A stretch of 54,142 nucleotides of DNA from Candidatus Woesearchaeota archaeon (GCA_964355745.1 CAYHEN010000003.1:1-54142); one strand, 5' to 3'. Positions 23,998 through 33,678 are shown, numbered from the stretch's first letter. Translations and numbers: made by a program. The notes: generated from the sequence alone by a model not told the origin.

Positions 23998-25419
23998 ATG
24001 GAACTTAAAAAAATCTCGAAAAATGTTTATGAAATTCCTAAAGAAGGAAACATGAATGTGCCTGGAAGAATTTTTGCAAGCGAAGCTATTTTAGAGAACA
24101 TAAAAAAAGACAAAACCCTCGAGCAAGTGAAGAATGTTGCAACACTGCCTGGCATTTTGAAATTCTCTATTGCCTTGCCAGATAGCCACCAAGGTTATGG
24201 TTTCCCAATAGGCGGAGTTGCTGCATTTGATTTGGATAAGGGAGTTATTTCCCCTGGTGGAGTTGGTTATGACATAAACTGCTCAGTAAGACTTCTAAAA
24301 ACAACCTTGAAAAAAGAAGACATATTAAACAAACAGAAAGAAGTTGCTGAAGCACTGTATAATAAAATTCCTTCTGGAGTCGGAAGAGGAAGCAAGTTCA
24401 ATATCACAAGACAGGAATTGAACAAGTTGCTTGAAGGAGGAGCTCAGTATCTTGTTGAAAGAGGCATGGGAACAAAAGAAGATTATCTGCATATGGAGGA
24501 AGAAGGAAAAATGAAAGACGCAGATGCAAGCAAGGTTTCTGATAGAGCAATAAAAAGAGGAATAGGGCAAGTCGGAACTTTAGGAGCAGGGAATCATTTT
24601 TTAGAAGTGCAATATGTTGATGAAATCTTTGATGAGAAAATTGCAGAAGAATTGGGAATAAAGAAAAATCAAGTGATGATAATGATACATTGTGGAAGCA
24701 GAGGATTAGGACATCAAGTAGCAAGTGACTACATACAAGCAATGGAAGAGGAATATGGTTTCAAAGATTTGCCAGATAGAGAATTGATAAACGCTCCGAT
24801 AAAAAGCAAGTTGGGAAAGGATTATTATGCTGCAATGTCTGCAGCAGCAAACTTCGCTTTTGCTAACAAGCAATTAATAACTTATTGGATTAGAGAAGAA
24901 TTTGAAAAGCTTTTTTCTGAATTAAAGCCAAGAATTGATGTAATTTATGATGTGTGTCATAATATTGCAAAGTTTGAAGAACATGTTGTAGATGGGAAAA
25001 AGAAAATGGTTTGCATCCATAGAAAAGGCGCAACTCGGGCGTTCGGAGCTGGAAGAAAAGAAATTCCTGTTGCATACAGAAAAATAGGACAGCCTGTCTT
25101 GATTCCTGGCAGCATGGGAACCTCGTCTTATCTATTAATAGGAACAAAAAAAGCAGAAGAAATGACTTTTGGCTCGACAGTTCATGGCGCAGGAAGAATT
25201 TCAAGCAGGAGCGAAGCATTGAGAAACTTAAAAGGAGAGGAAATTAAAAAGCAACTCAACAAAAAAGGAATTGAAGTTAAAGCAGGCTCGTGGCAGAGCT
25301 TGGCAGAAGAAGCCCCTACTGTCTACAAAGACATTGATGAAGTTGTAAGGGTTGTTGATGAATTAGGTATCAGCAAAAAGGTTGCGAGAATGAAGCCGAT
25401 GGTTGTTGTGAAGGGGTAG
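23998..25419 (+). CDS. rtcB: RNA 3'-phosphate ligase RtcB
   Basis: 473 aa. Contains 'GYDINCSVR', 'GAGNHFLEVQ', 'HCGSRGLGHQ' and 'HGAGR'. Confidence 0.95.
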   Translation: MELKKISKNVYEIPKEGNMNVPGRIFASEAILENIKKDKTLEQVKNVATLPGILKFSIALPDSHQGYGFPIGGVAAFDLDKGVISPGGVGYDINCSVRLLKTTLKKEDILNKQKEVAEALYNKIPSGVGRGSKFNITRQELNKLLEGGAQYLVERGMGTKEDYLHMEEEGKMKDADASKVSDRAIKRGIGQVGTLGAGNHFLEVQYVDEIFDEKIAEELGIKKNQVMIMIHCGSRGLGHQVASDYIQAMEEEYGFKDLPDRELINAPIKSKLGKDYYAAMSAAANFAFANKQLITYWIREEFEKLFSELKPRIDVIYDVCHNIAKFEEHVVDGKKKMVCIHRKGATRAFGAGRKEIPVAYRKIGQPVLIPGSMGTSSYLLIGTKKAEEMTFGSTVHGAGRISSRSEALRNLKGEEIKKQLNKKGIEVKAGSWQSLAEEAPTVYKDIDEVVRVVDELGISKKVARMKPMVVVKG

Positions 25420-25506
25420 AATACTTTCTTTCAAAATATATCTTTTGTTCCCCCTTTATAGTAACAAAAAACAAAACCTTAAATACTACCGATTTCTATA
25501 TATAAT

Positions 25507-26871
25507 ATGGTAAAAACCCTATTAAATAAACTTGGAAGGGGTTTCAAGAGAGGAATTTTAATAGCCACTGCCGTGGCTTCTCTTGGCTTTGGAAGCTGTA
25601 AATTGCCTGAACCTGATCCTGTGAATTATGCGCCTGTAGCAAGTCTTTATGTAAATCCCACTTCTGGAACAGCCCCTTTAGACATACAAATCAATTTAGG
25701 GGGGGCAGACCAAAATGGGAATGATGACATTGTAGAATATAGGGTTTCTATAGACAAAGGAGATGATGGAACAATTGACGAGGTGATAAGTCAACCAACT
25801 CCCATAAACACAACAAGAAATTTTAATTATGTTGGAAATATAAAAATGTCAGGACAGGTGACTGATTCTCAAAATGCAGTAGACAAAAAAGAACAATTAA
25901 TTACACTTTCTAATCCGCCAGTAGATAATGATTTTTTGGATGTTGAGGGACATTTGCAGGATAATGAAACAGATACAGGGAAAACAGGAAAAGTAAAAAT
26001 TTATGATTCTTTAGAAAACTACATTGGAGAAACAGAAACAATTGATTCAAGTGGACATTTTGTTTTTCATTCAGATACAATTAAATCAAAAGATTTAACC
26101 AATGTTATAATTAAAGCAATAACCGGAACAGAAACAAGTCCAACAAGTTATGTCAGAAAAATAACTGCTAATGTAGATTCTGCATCAGAACCAGATGTAT
26201 CTTTATCTCAGCCGATTAGAGCTGTTCCTTATCCAACTTTTTGCAGTAATGATAATTTTAAAACATTTGTGGAGCAAATTAATATTTTCACAGAGGGGCT
26301 TAGAAAGTGGGACCTAAATCAATTAAAAGGGATTGAAATATTATCAAGTTACCCTGATTATTCTAGCTCTTTTACTAACCAACAGCAAGATAAGATCGCT
26401 AGTAAAATAAAAGATTCAATCAATATAGAAAAATTTGTAGAAGGAAAACAATTGGACAATTATATACAAAGAGATGGTCAAGATGGTGGAACAATACATT
26501 ATGGTGATTCATTTACTAATGGTGTGGATGATGGATGGGTAATTGTTGTCCCAAATGATAGTCTTGGAGGAGGTCGGACTTTTTTTGAACCAACCTCAAC
26601 AATAAATAAAGTATGGATTGAAATAGATCCAGATTATGTAACAGACATAAATCCAGTAACAACTCATGAATTTGGGCATGCATTTATTGCTCGCGGAGGT
26701 TCAGATCCAAATGGACATACAAATGCTATCTCTGGGAATTTAACAATTATGACTGCTAGCCAAGATAGAAATACCCCTGGTGTTGCAGATGAAAAGGCAG
26801 CTAAAGTTATTTATGAAGATACATATCAGGTTGGAGAAGTATTAGATAATATTTTAGGAACTAATTTTTAA
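25507..26871 (+). CDS. Secreted (lipobox-like) protein with a C-terminal HExxH zinc-metalloprotease motif
   Basis: 454 aa. Contains 'ASLGFGSC', an N-terminal PKD-like segment, and 'THEFGHAF'. Confidence 0.55.
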   Translation: MVKTLLNKLGRGFKRGILIATAVASLGFGSCKLPEPDPVNYAPVASLYVNPTSGTAPLDIQINLGGADQNGNDDIVEYRVSIDKGDDGTIDEVISQPTPINTTRNFNYVGNIKMSGQVTDSQNAVDKKEQLITLSNPPVDNDFLDVEGHLQDNETDTGKTGKVKIYDSLENYIGETETIDSSGHFVFHSDTIKSKDLTNVIIKAITGTETSPTSYVRKITANVDSASEPDVSLSQPIRAVPYPTFCSNDNFKTFVEQINIFTEGLRKWDLNQLKGIEILSSYPDYSSSFTNQQQDKIASKIKDSINIEKFVEGKQLDNYIQRDGQDGGTIHYGDSFTNGVDDGWVIVVPNDSLGGGRTFFEPTSTINKVWIEIDPDYVTDINPVTTHEFGHAFIARGGSDPNGHTNAISGNLTIMTASQDRNTPGVADEKAAKVIYEDTYQVGEVLDNILGTNF

Positions 26872-26893
26872 TCTTTAACAAAAAACAAAAATC

Positions 26894-26901
26894 TTTATAA
26901 A
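26894..26901 (+). promoter_or_regulatory. TATA box
   Basis: 'tttataaa', 21 nt before the ATG at 26923. Confidence 0.5.
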
Positions 26902-26922
26902 ACGCATTTCATTAAGGTAATA

Positions 26923-28728
26923 ATGAAAAAAGGGGGAGTTGAATTAGCAATATTCGCATTAGTTCTGTTAGTTTTATTGTCTTCAGGAGTTTTTGCTGCT
27001 GCTCCACAGCAAGGAACATGTGGAATAGTTCCAAGGGCAGATTGTGATACTCCAGGCGAAGGATATGCTCTTATAGGACTTTCTTCTTTGACAAATGCTC
27101 ATGCACAAGGTTTTCCAAATACAGATTACCCTTATGTTTTGTGTTGTGCTTTTGGTGATGGAAATAAAGATTGTGCTCCATTAAGTGCAAATAAAGTCGT
27201 TGGACTTTCTTCTTTGACAAACGCGCATGCAGAAATTCCTTCTTTGAATAACTATCAAACAGTGAAGGTATGTTATGAAGATTTAGCTTGTGTAAAATCT
27301 ACAACAGGGTGTACAGATGCTACTGGAACAGAAGTCGTTAATCTCTCCTCAGACACAAATGCGCATGTAGGAATAGGAGCAGGATTTCAGACAGCAATAT
27401 GCTGTAGATCCTCTAAATTTTTGAGTTCGTGCACAATAACATCGGCAACATGGAATTTAGCAGAAGCAATAGAAAATCAGGGAGTCAGATTAGAAGTCAC
27501 TGGAAGCGGATTAGAGTGTGACAATCAGGCTGTTGCATTTGAAGTTAAAGGAGGTTCTAGTCCTGTTACAACAAATCCTGTTTCTGTTGGATTTAATGGA
27601 AATAAAGCAACAGGAATCTGGTATGCAGAATATCAAAAAGGATGCGGGCTTTTAGGATTAAGTGATTGCAGTTATTATTTCGATGCTTCAATAGTGAGAA
27701 GCATTCCTTTAAGAAGCATGATAAGTGCTGATCCTAAATTGCTTGTTAAGCAAGTAAATCTTGCAGAAGAATGTTCAACTGTGACAATATGCGGAGATTA
27801 TAGCGATAGAGGAAAGTGTGAGAGCGATGCGAGTCTGTGTAATGTAGCAAAAGACAGCAGTCTTCAAGGAGTAGATTGTAGCAGTGCTGGAATATCTTGT
27901 GCATGCTTGTGGGACACAACAGAAAACAAATGCGATTTTAGTTATACTGAAATTAAGTCTGGGTTGTGTGAAAATGGTTTTACTTTATGCAGTTCACCAT
28001 CAGGAATAAATTATTGTTATGCTGGAACAAGCTGTCCAAGTGGACAACCTCCCTCTGATTCAGATGGATTGTGTGAAGTTGATGATAGTTGCGCTTCAGC
28101 TGATTGTAAAGACGGAGACCAAGCGAGTTGTGCTTCAGGAACAAAATGTCAAAGCGGAATGTGTTATTCTGCAACTCTTCCTGTAAATAGCCCTCTTTGT
28201 AATTATGGTTTTACTCTATGTAGAGAACCAATTTCAGGGGTGAATTACTGCTATCCTGGAACCAGTTGTTTAACAGGAAATAATCCTGTACAAGATGATG
28301 ATAAGGAATGTGAGGTTGGAGAGGGCTGTTTATTGTCTGCTGATAGTGACTGCAAAGACGGGGACCAGGACAGCTGTTCAAATGAAACTTATTGTTCTTC
28401 TGGAAAGTGCTCATCTGTACAACCCATTATAGATCTCGGAGTTTTAGGAGGATGCAAGATAACTCAAATAATAGAAAAGAATTGCGACGAAGAACCTGTA
28501 GGTTATAAAATTTTAAAGTGGACAGGAGTCTGGACAGGAGATGAAGCTAGCAAAACAGGCGCAGCATATCAGAGATGTATAACAGGAGGAAGCAGCACTG
28601 TTCCTTGCCCTGCACAAGTTCAACTTCCATTCTTTGATTATTATGAAATAGCAATTACAATAGCAGTTATTGCATTAGTTTATATCTCTTTAATTTTCAA
28701 AAGAAAATTAAGAAGAAGAAAAAAGTAA
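26923..28728 (+). CDS. Large cysteine-rich surface protein with internal repeats and a C-terminal TM anchor
   Basis: 601 aa with a signal peptide. Three 'LSS(L/D)TNAH' units and two ~70-aa Cys-rich modules. A TM followed by 'KRKLRRRKK' at the C-terminus. Confidence 0.7.
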   Translation: MKKGGVELAIFALVLLVLLSSGVFAAAPQQGTCGIVPRADCDTPGEGYALIGLSSLTNAHAQGFPNTDYPYVLCCAFGDGNKDCAPLSANKVVGLSSLTNAHAEIPSLNNYQTVKVCYEDLACVKSTTGCTDATGTEVVNLSSDTNAHVGIGAGFQTAICCRSSKFLSSCTITSATWNLAEAIENQGVRLEVTGSGLECDNQAVAFEVKGGSSPVTTNPVSVGFNGNKATGIWYAEYQKGCGLLGLSDCSYYFDASIVRSIPLRSMISADPKLLVKQVNLAEECSTVTICGDYSDRGKCESDASLCNVAKDSSLQGVDCSSAGISCACLWDTTENKCDFSYTEIKSGLCENGFTLCSSPSGINYCYAGTSCPSGQPPSDSDGLCEVDDSCASADCKDGDQASCASGTKCQSGMCYSATLPVNSPLCNYGFTLCREPISGVNYCYPGTSCLTGNNPVQDDDKECEVGEGCLLSADSDCKDGDQDSCSNETYCSSGKCSSVQPIIDLGVLGGCKITQIIEKNCDEEPVGYKILKWTGVWTGDEASKTGAAYQRCITGGSSTVPCPAQVQLPFFDYYEIAITIAVIALVYISLIFKRKLRRRKK

Positions 28729-28782
28729 TAAAAAGTTTGTTCTTTAGTTAAAAATATAAATGTGTCCGGGATTAAATATTAA

Positions 28783-29097
28783 ATGAAAAATTTTAAACTT
28801 ATTTTTGATGGAGTGATGGTGAAGCAACTCAAAAAAGTTAGCAAAAATAATGCAATAAAAAATATACTTTCAAGAATTTTTGATAAAATTGAGGAGCTTG
28901 GACCAAGAGCCGGGAGATTGATTGATTCCCAATTGCATATTTATGAAATAAAAATGAAAAGTCCCCCAATCAGATTATATTATAAACATGATTTATCTAC
29001 AAATGAAATTTATGTATTCGAATATGAAATGAAAACTTCAGAAGGAAAACAGAACAAAACAATAAAAAGAATAAAGAAACTTTTATTAAAATCCTAA
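28783..29097 (+). CDS. RelE/HigB (Gp49-like) family toxin, no obvious co-directional antitoxin
   Basis: 104 aa. Contains 'LHIYEIKMKSPPIRLYYKHD...EIYVFEYEMKTSEGKQNKTIKRI'. Confidence 0.55.
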   Translation: MKNFKLIFDGVMVKQLKKVSKNNAIKNILSRIFDKIEELGPRAGRLIDSQLHIYEIKMKSPPIRLYYKHDLSTNEIYVFEYEMKTSEGKQNKTIKRIKKLLLKS

Positions 29098-29238
29098 GTC
29101 GTCTCTTGTATATTTTTTTCCCTTAGATATATTTTTTTCAAATTCCAATAATCGTTTATAGATTATAGAACTTCTAAGAAAAATTATTTCCTTTTTCATT
29201 CTTTCAAATTGTTCTTTTGGAAGTGTGACGGTTTCCAT
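29086..29238 (-). CDS. Small convergent ORF (50 aa), possible antitoxin-like protein
   Basis: Hand translation: METVTLPKEQFERMKKEIIFLRSSIIYKRLLEFEKNISKGKKYTRDDLGF*. It overlaps the toxin 3' end by 12 nt. Confidence 0.3.
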   Translation of the reverse strand: METVTLPKEQFERMKKEIIFLRSSIIYKRLLEFEKNISKGKKYTRDDLGF

Positions 29239-29348
29239 AAAAAAGATTAATTAATGCGATTTATATATTTTTCTGTATGTGGTTTTGCTGAAATGCATAT
29301 TTATTAGCCAAGAAATAAAGTTTTAGAACTTTCCACAACGACAAATAA

Positions 29349-29356
29349 TTTATAAA
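29349..29356 (+). promoter_or_regulatory. TATA box
   Basis: 'tttataaa', 28 nt before the ATG at 29385. Confidence 0.45.
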
Positions 29357-29384
29357 TACTTTTTAGCTTATATTGTCAATAAAG

Positions 29385-32009
29385 ATGGTGAATAATAAGT
29401 TAAAAGGGTTTGTAACTTTTGTTTTGATAATCTTTCTTATCAGTTCTGTTTTTGCAATAGTTACAAAAGGAGATTTAAGCTATTCAATAGAAAAGAATTA
29501 TGCTCCTAAAGATACAATAAAGGGGTGGATGAATATAAGTTTAAGCAACGAGCCTATAACCTCTGTTTTAAAAAGTTCATTTGGAAAAAACATAGGTTTG
29601 ATTGATTTAATACAAAAAACTTCAAATTCAGCCTTTGAGTATACTTGCAATCCACTTTCATGCGCATCAAATTACTTAGCAAGCAATGAAGCAACTTCTA
29701 AGATTCTCAATTTAAATGAAAATCAAACAGTTTTAATTGGATTAAATGTTTCAAAAAAAGGGGGCTTATTAACAGACATATCGAGTTTTACCTTGCATTT
29801 AGCGAGCAATAATCCTGAAACAGACAAACTTCCTCTAACCATAGACATTTTAAATGATGAACAAAACGAATGGATAGCATATATTGCCTCTGAAAATTTT
29901 GGGCAGGAAAATTACGGATGTTTCATAGGGACTCCTGGAATGAGCAGAGCAAACATAGCTAATGTTCAATATTGTGAAAGAGTAAAGCTCTCTAAAACTC
30001 CTGAAGTAAGCATAGGAGCTTATGTAGAGGAAATAACTCCTGGAAGCGGCACAATTAATTTCGACATGATAATAACAAAAATTGACGGCAGTAAATCTGA
30101 AGACTGTCGTGTAAGCGCTTCAGAAAGCGGAAGAATTAGTTGCATTCCTCCTTCTTTCCCAATTAATGAAAACGGAGATTATTTTGTCTGTATTCGTACT
30201 TCTAGTGCAATGGATGTGAATAAATACAGAATTGCTTATGAGCAAAACTCTCCTTGTGGTTTTTCCGGAACCTTTGAGGGCATATATGACTATGATTTTG
30301 AAATTTTTGCTCGCCCAAAAATGTATGCTGCAGGGGTAAATTTTAATTTGGATAATGGCGGGCTTATTAAAGCAGGAAGCCCTGTAAATAATGTAGAACA
30401 GTACTTAGAAGACTATATTGCAGAGACCTATAATAACAATTGCTCAAAAGATTGTATAATCCCAATAAAAATATTTTCAGGGGTTCAGCAGCAATTAAGC
30501 ATTTCTGATTTATCTTTGTCTTATTTTATAAAAATATCAGATACAACAAATAAATTATATGACGTCTCAATTTCCCCTAGCCAGCTAACTTCTTCTGGAT
30601 TTCAGAAACTATATTTAACTGATGCGGGATTTGAAGTCCCAATAGAATATGGAAATCATGCCTTTTCTCTTAGTTTAAATTCTGAGGAATTATTTTCTGA
30701 AAATATTGTTGTGGTGCAAATCGCTGGAGTAAAATCGCTCACTCCTACAAAAACTGCAATAAAATACCCCACAAAATTCAGCGTTCTTTTAAATGACACT
30801 CAGAATATAAGCCGGTATATCTGGAAATTTGGAGATGGAGATTCTCAAACCACAACAACAAATTCAGTAACTCATACTTATAATACTGTCGGAGAATACA
30901 AATTAGCAATAACAATTATGGATTCCAAGGCCAGAAATTCTTCAAAAGAATTCAGTGTAACTGTTGGTCTAGTTTCAACAATTGTTCCTGATTTGCTCGC
31001 AGAAGCAGAAACAAATCTTGCATATATAAAAAGCCAGATTGCTACTTTTTCAGGATTTGAACAAAAAGCACTTAATTATTCGTTAAAACCCGACGATATC
31101 AGTAAGGACATAACAAGATTAAGGAATTCTGTTTCTGGGGGTTCTGAAGCACAATACGAAGCAGTGCTTGGAGAGCTACTTGAAATGAAGATTCCAGGAG
31201 CAATTGCAAAAACTGCTTACAGTGAAGACATAGCTTTTTACCCAAGTGGAAACAGCATTGATTTGGATATTATTAAGCAAATTGGTGGAGGAGATTATGA
31301 GGAAAACAAAGAAAACCAGTACAAGGAAGCTGTTTTGGCTTGGGAAGAGGCAAACACCAACACAGTATTGGTGTACAGCGAGATATCCTCTATTTATGAA
31401 GATTATGAAGAACCTTTCTTAAGGACTTTTGATATTTCTGTAACAAATAACAAAGGACAAGCTTATTTGATAATAAAGGATATGGAAAATCTTTTGTTTA
31501 AAGAAGATTATTCTGAAAAAGAAAAAGATGGATATTCTTACATCACGCTTAATCAGGGGGAAAACAACATAGTTTTTTCAACAACAGAGAATGTTGATTT
31601 TGTCAGCCTGCCTGCTTTTGTTTCCCCTGCAATAAGTGAATTGACATTAGCGGTGTGGACTGTTTTCACACCAGAAGGAGGATTGAAAAGATGGATTCTT
31701 TTTGTTATTACTGCAATATTAATTATTCTGGCTGCATTAGTTGTTTGGATAATTTTACAGATGTGGTATAAGAGGAAATATGAAAATTTCTTATTCAAAA
31801 ATAGAAATAATTTGTACAATCTGATGAATTATATTGAAAATGAAAAGAAAAAAGGAACAAGTGAAAAAGAGATGGCAGAAAAGTTGAGAAAAGCAGGCTG
31901 GAATTCTGAACAAACCAGATACGCACTAAGAAAATATGCTGGAAAGACAACAGGTATGCCTGAGATAATTTCTACAGAGAAAATATTCAAAGGAAAGGGA
32001 AAAAAATAA
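29385..32009 (+). CDS. Large surface protein with a PKD domain, a C-terminal TM and a cytoplasmic helical 'GW' tail module
   Basis: The ATG at 29385 is preferred over the track's TTG at 29373. Has a signal peptide. Contains 'WKFGDGDSQ...HTYNTVGEYKLAITIMD', a TM near the C-terminus, and then 'GTSEKEMAEKLRKAGWNSEQTRYALRKY'. Confidence 0.75.
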   Translation: MVNNKLKGFVTFVLIIFLISSVFAIVTKGDLSYSIEKNYAPKDTIKGWMNISLSNEPITSVLKSSFGKNIGLIDLIQKTSNSAFEYTCNPLSCASNYLASNEATSKILNLNENQTVLIGLNVSKKGGLLTDISSFTLHLASNNPETDKLPLTIDILNDEQNEWIAYIASENFGQENYGCFIGTPGMSRANIANVQYCERVKLSKTPEVSIGAYVEEITPGSGTINFDMIITKIDGSKSEDCRVSASESGRISCIPPSFPINENGDYFVCIRTSSAMDVNKYRIAYEQNSPCGFSGTFEGIYDYDFEIFARPKMYAAGVNFNLDNGGLIKAGSPVNNVEQYLEDYIAETYNNNCSKDCIIPIKIFSGVQQQLSISDLSLSYFIKISDTTNKLYDVSISPSQLTSSGFQKLYLTDAGFEVPIEYGNHAFSLSLNSEELFSENIVVVQIAGVKSLTPTKTAIKYPTKFSVLLNDTQNISRYIWKFGDGDSQTTTTNSVTHTYNTVGEYKLAITIMDSKARNSSKEFSVTVGLVSTIVPDLLAEAETNLAYIKSQIATFSGFEQKALNYSLKPDDISKDITRLRNSVSGGSEAQYEAVLGELLEMKIPGAIAKTAYSEDIAFYPSGNSIDLDIIKQIGGGDYEENKENQYKEAVLAWEEANTNTVLVYSEISSIYEDYEEPFLRTFDISVTNNKGQAYLIIKDMENLLFKEDYSEKEKDGYSYITLNQGENNIVFSTTENVDFVSLPAFVSPAISELTLAVWTVFTPEGGLKRWILFVITAILIILAALVVWIILQMWYKRKYENFLFKNRNNLYNLMNYIENEKKKGTSEKEMAEKLRKAGWNSEQTRYALRKYAGKTTGMPEIISTEKIFKGKGKK

Positions 32010-32073
32010 CCGGCAGAAAAAATGATTTGTCGAGGAAAAAATTATCAATTATATCACTTTTATTACTGAAATA

Positions 32074-32081
32074 TTTATAAA
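32074..32081 (+). promoter_or_regulatory. TATA box
   Basis: 'tttataaa', 21 nt before the ATG at 32103. Confidence 0.5.
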
Positions 32082-32102
32082 CCAGTAAGACGGGTTTATA
32101 CT

Positions 32103-32744
32103 ATGGAAATAAAAATTTTCAAGAATTTTTTTAAAAGGGTGTTTTCCAATCTTTTCAAGAACAAAAAAGAAGTTAAATTAGGATTTTACGGGCCTCCAAA
32201 TGCAGGAAAAACCAGTTTAGCAAACAGAATCTGCAAGGACTTTACAGGACAAGAAATAGGAACAGTAAGCAAGATTCCTCACGAAACTAGAAAGGTCCAG
32301 TTTAAGGAAAAGGTAGAAATAGAGTTTAAAGGGAAAAAGATGGTTTTCAAAATGATAGATACTCCTGGAATTGCCACAAGAATAGATTACGAAAATTTTC
32401 TGAAATACAAGATGTCAAAAAAAGAAGCGAAAGAAAGAGCAAAAGAAGCGACCCAAGGAGTTATTGAAAGTATTAAATGGCTTGACGACATGAATATTGT
32501 AGTTGTTGTTCTTGATGCAACAGAAAATCCCTACAACCAGGTTAACATAACAATAATAGGAAATTTGGTTGCCAGAAAGATTCCTGTTTTGATTGTCGCA
32601 AATAAAGTTGACTTGAAAAAAGCAGACATAAAGAAAATAGAGGCAGCATTTCCAGAATATGATGTTGTGGGGATAAGTGCGAAATTTGGAGATAACTTAG
32701 AAGAGTTTTATGAATCCATTTTCAGATTATCAAAAAAGATTTAG
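32103..32744 (+). CDS. Small GTP-binding protein (Era/MMR_HSR1-like P-loop GTPase)
   Basis: 213 aa. G1 'GPPNAGKTS', G3 'DTPG', G4 'NKVD', G5 'SAK'. Confidence 0.8.
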   Translation: MEIKIFKNFFKRVFSNLFKNKKEVKLGFYGPPNAGKTSLANRICKDFTGQEIGTVSKIPHETRKVQFKEKVEIEFKGKKMVFKMIDTPGIATRIDYENFLKYKMSKKEAKERAKEATQGVIESIKWLDDMNIVVVVLDATENPYNQVNITIIGNLVARKIPVLIVANKVDLKKADIKKIEAAFPEYDVVGISAKFGDNLEEFYESIFRLSKKI

Positions 32745-32778
32745 TAAAGATTAAAAAGCATATTTGTTTATTTATAAA

Positions 32779-33198
32779 ATGAGTGATAAAAAAAAGGGGG
32801 TTGGAAAAAATCTTGGGAGAATAAAAGGATTTTCCATTCAGTTTCTTCCATTCTCAGAAATTAAATCGCTGAGTAGCGATGAGAGAATAAAAAAGATTCT
32901 TGGAATAATTCTTGATAATAATATACTTATCCTGCAAGGAAGACTAACAGCAAACGAGGAAGCCAGGTTGATTGGGGACACAATGGCAATGATAGGGCAT
33001 GTAAAAACCTTCAAGGGAATAGAACTCGCAGTTATTTCTGGAAATGGAAAAGAAGGATTTTTTGGAAAGATGGGAAAAGGAATTGCAAATGTTCTCGCTG
33101 GCGGAGATTTCAGTGCTATAACTATTATCGGACCTGCAAGCATTGTGAAAGAAATGAAAAGAAACCCCAAGAAAATAGAATTATTGTTAAGTAGATAA
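32779..33198 (+). CDS. Conserved archaeal protein (DUF2073-like), partner of the GTPase
   Basis: Read from the ATG at 32779. Contains 'ILDNNILILQGRLTANEEARLIGDTMAMI'. The gene order GTPase / this ORF / Zn-ribbon protein is typical of archaea, as I recall it. Confidence 0.5.
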   Translation: MSDKKKGVGKNLGRIKGFSIQFLPFSEIKSLSSDERIKKILGIILDNNILILQGRLTANEEARLIGDTMAMIGHVKTFKGIELAVISGNGKEGFFGKMGKGIANVLAGGDFSAITIIGPASIVKEMKRNPKKIELLLSR

Positions 33199-33264
33199 TT
33201 ATTTTATTAATTGTTGTGATGAAAATATCAAAAACATTAAAAACTATGTCTTGTTAGAATTTAA

Positions 33265-33678
33265 ATGCCACACCAATGCGTACATTGTGGAAGATTATAT
33301 CCTTCTGGTAGCAAAGAACTGCTTAGCGGATGCAGCAATTGTGGAAGTCATTTTTTCTTTTACATTAAAGACGAACAGTTAGCAAGAGTTTTGGAAAGCC
33401 CGATTGAAATTCCTACAAAGGATAAGCATCAGGTTGAAAAAGACATAAGAGAAATGGCAGGGATCATTGAAGAAGATACTCCTGTAATCTTGGACATAGA
33501 ATCTGTGAGAGTAACTGGAAGCGGGAAATTTGAAATTGATTTAGTAAATGTGTTTAACAAGAAAAGGCCATTGGTATATAAAATAGAAGAAGGAAAATAC
33601 ATAATTGATTTGGCTTCAACTCTGCAGCAAAATGTAAAGGATTTGAAAGAAATAAGAAATCCGGATGAAGAAAGATAA
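33265..33678 (+). CDS. Zn-ribbon protein (COG3364-like)
   Basis: 137 aa. Contains 'CVHCGRLY...GCSNCGSHFFFY'. Confidence 0.6.
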   Translation: MPHQCVHCGRLYPSGSKELLSGCSNCGSHFFFYIKDEQLARVLESPIEIPTKDKHQVEKDIREMAGIIEEDTPVILDIESVRVTGSGKFEIDLVNVFNKKRPLVYKIEEGKYIIDLASTLQQNVKDLKEIRNPDEER

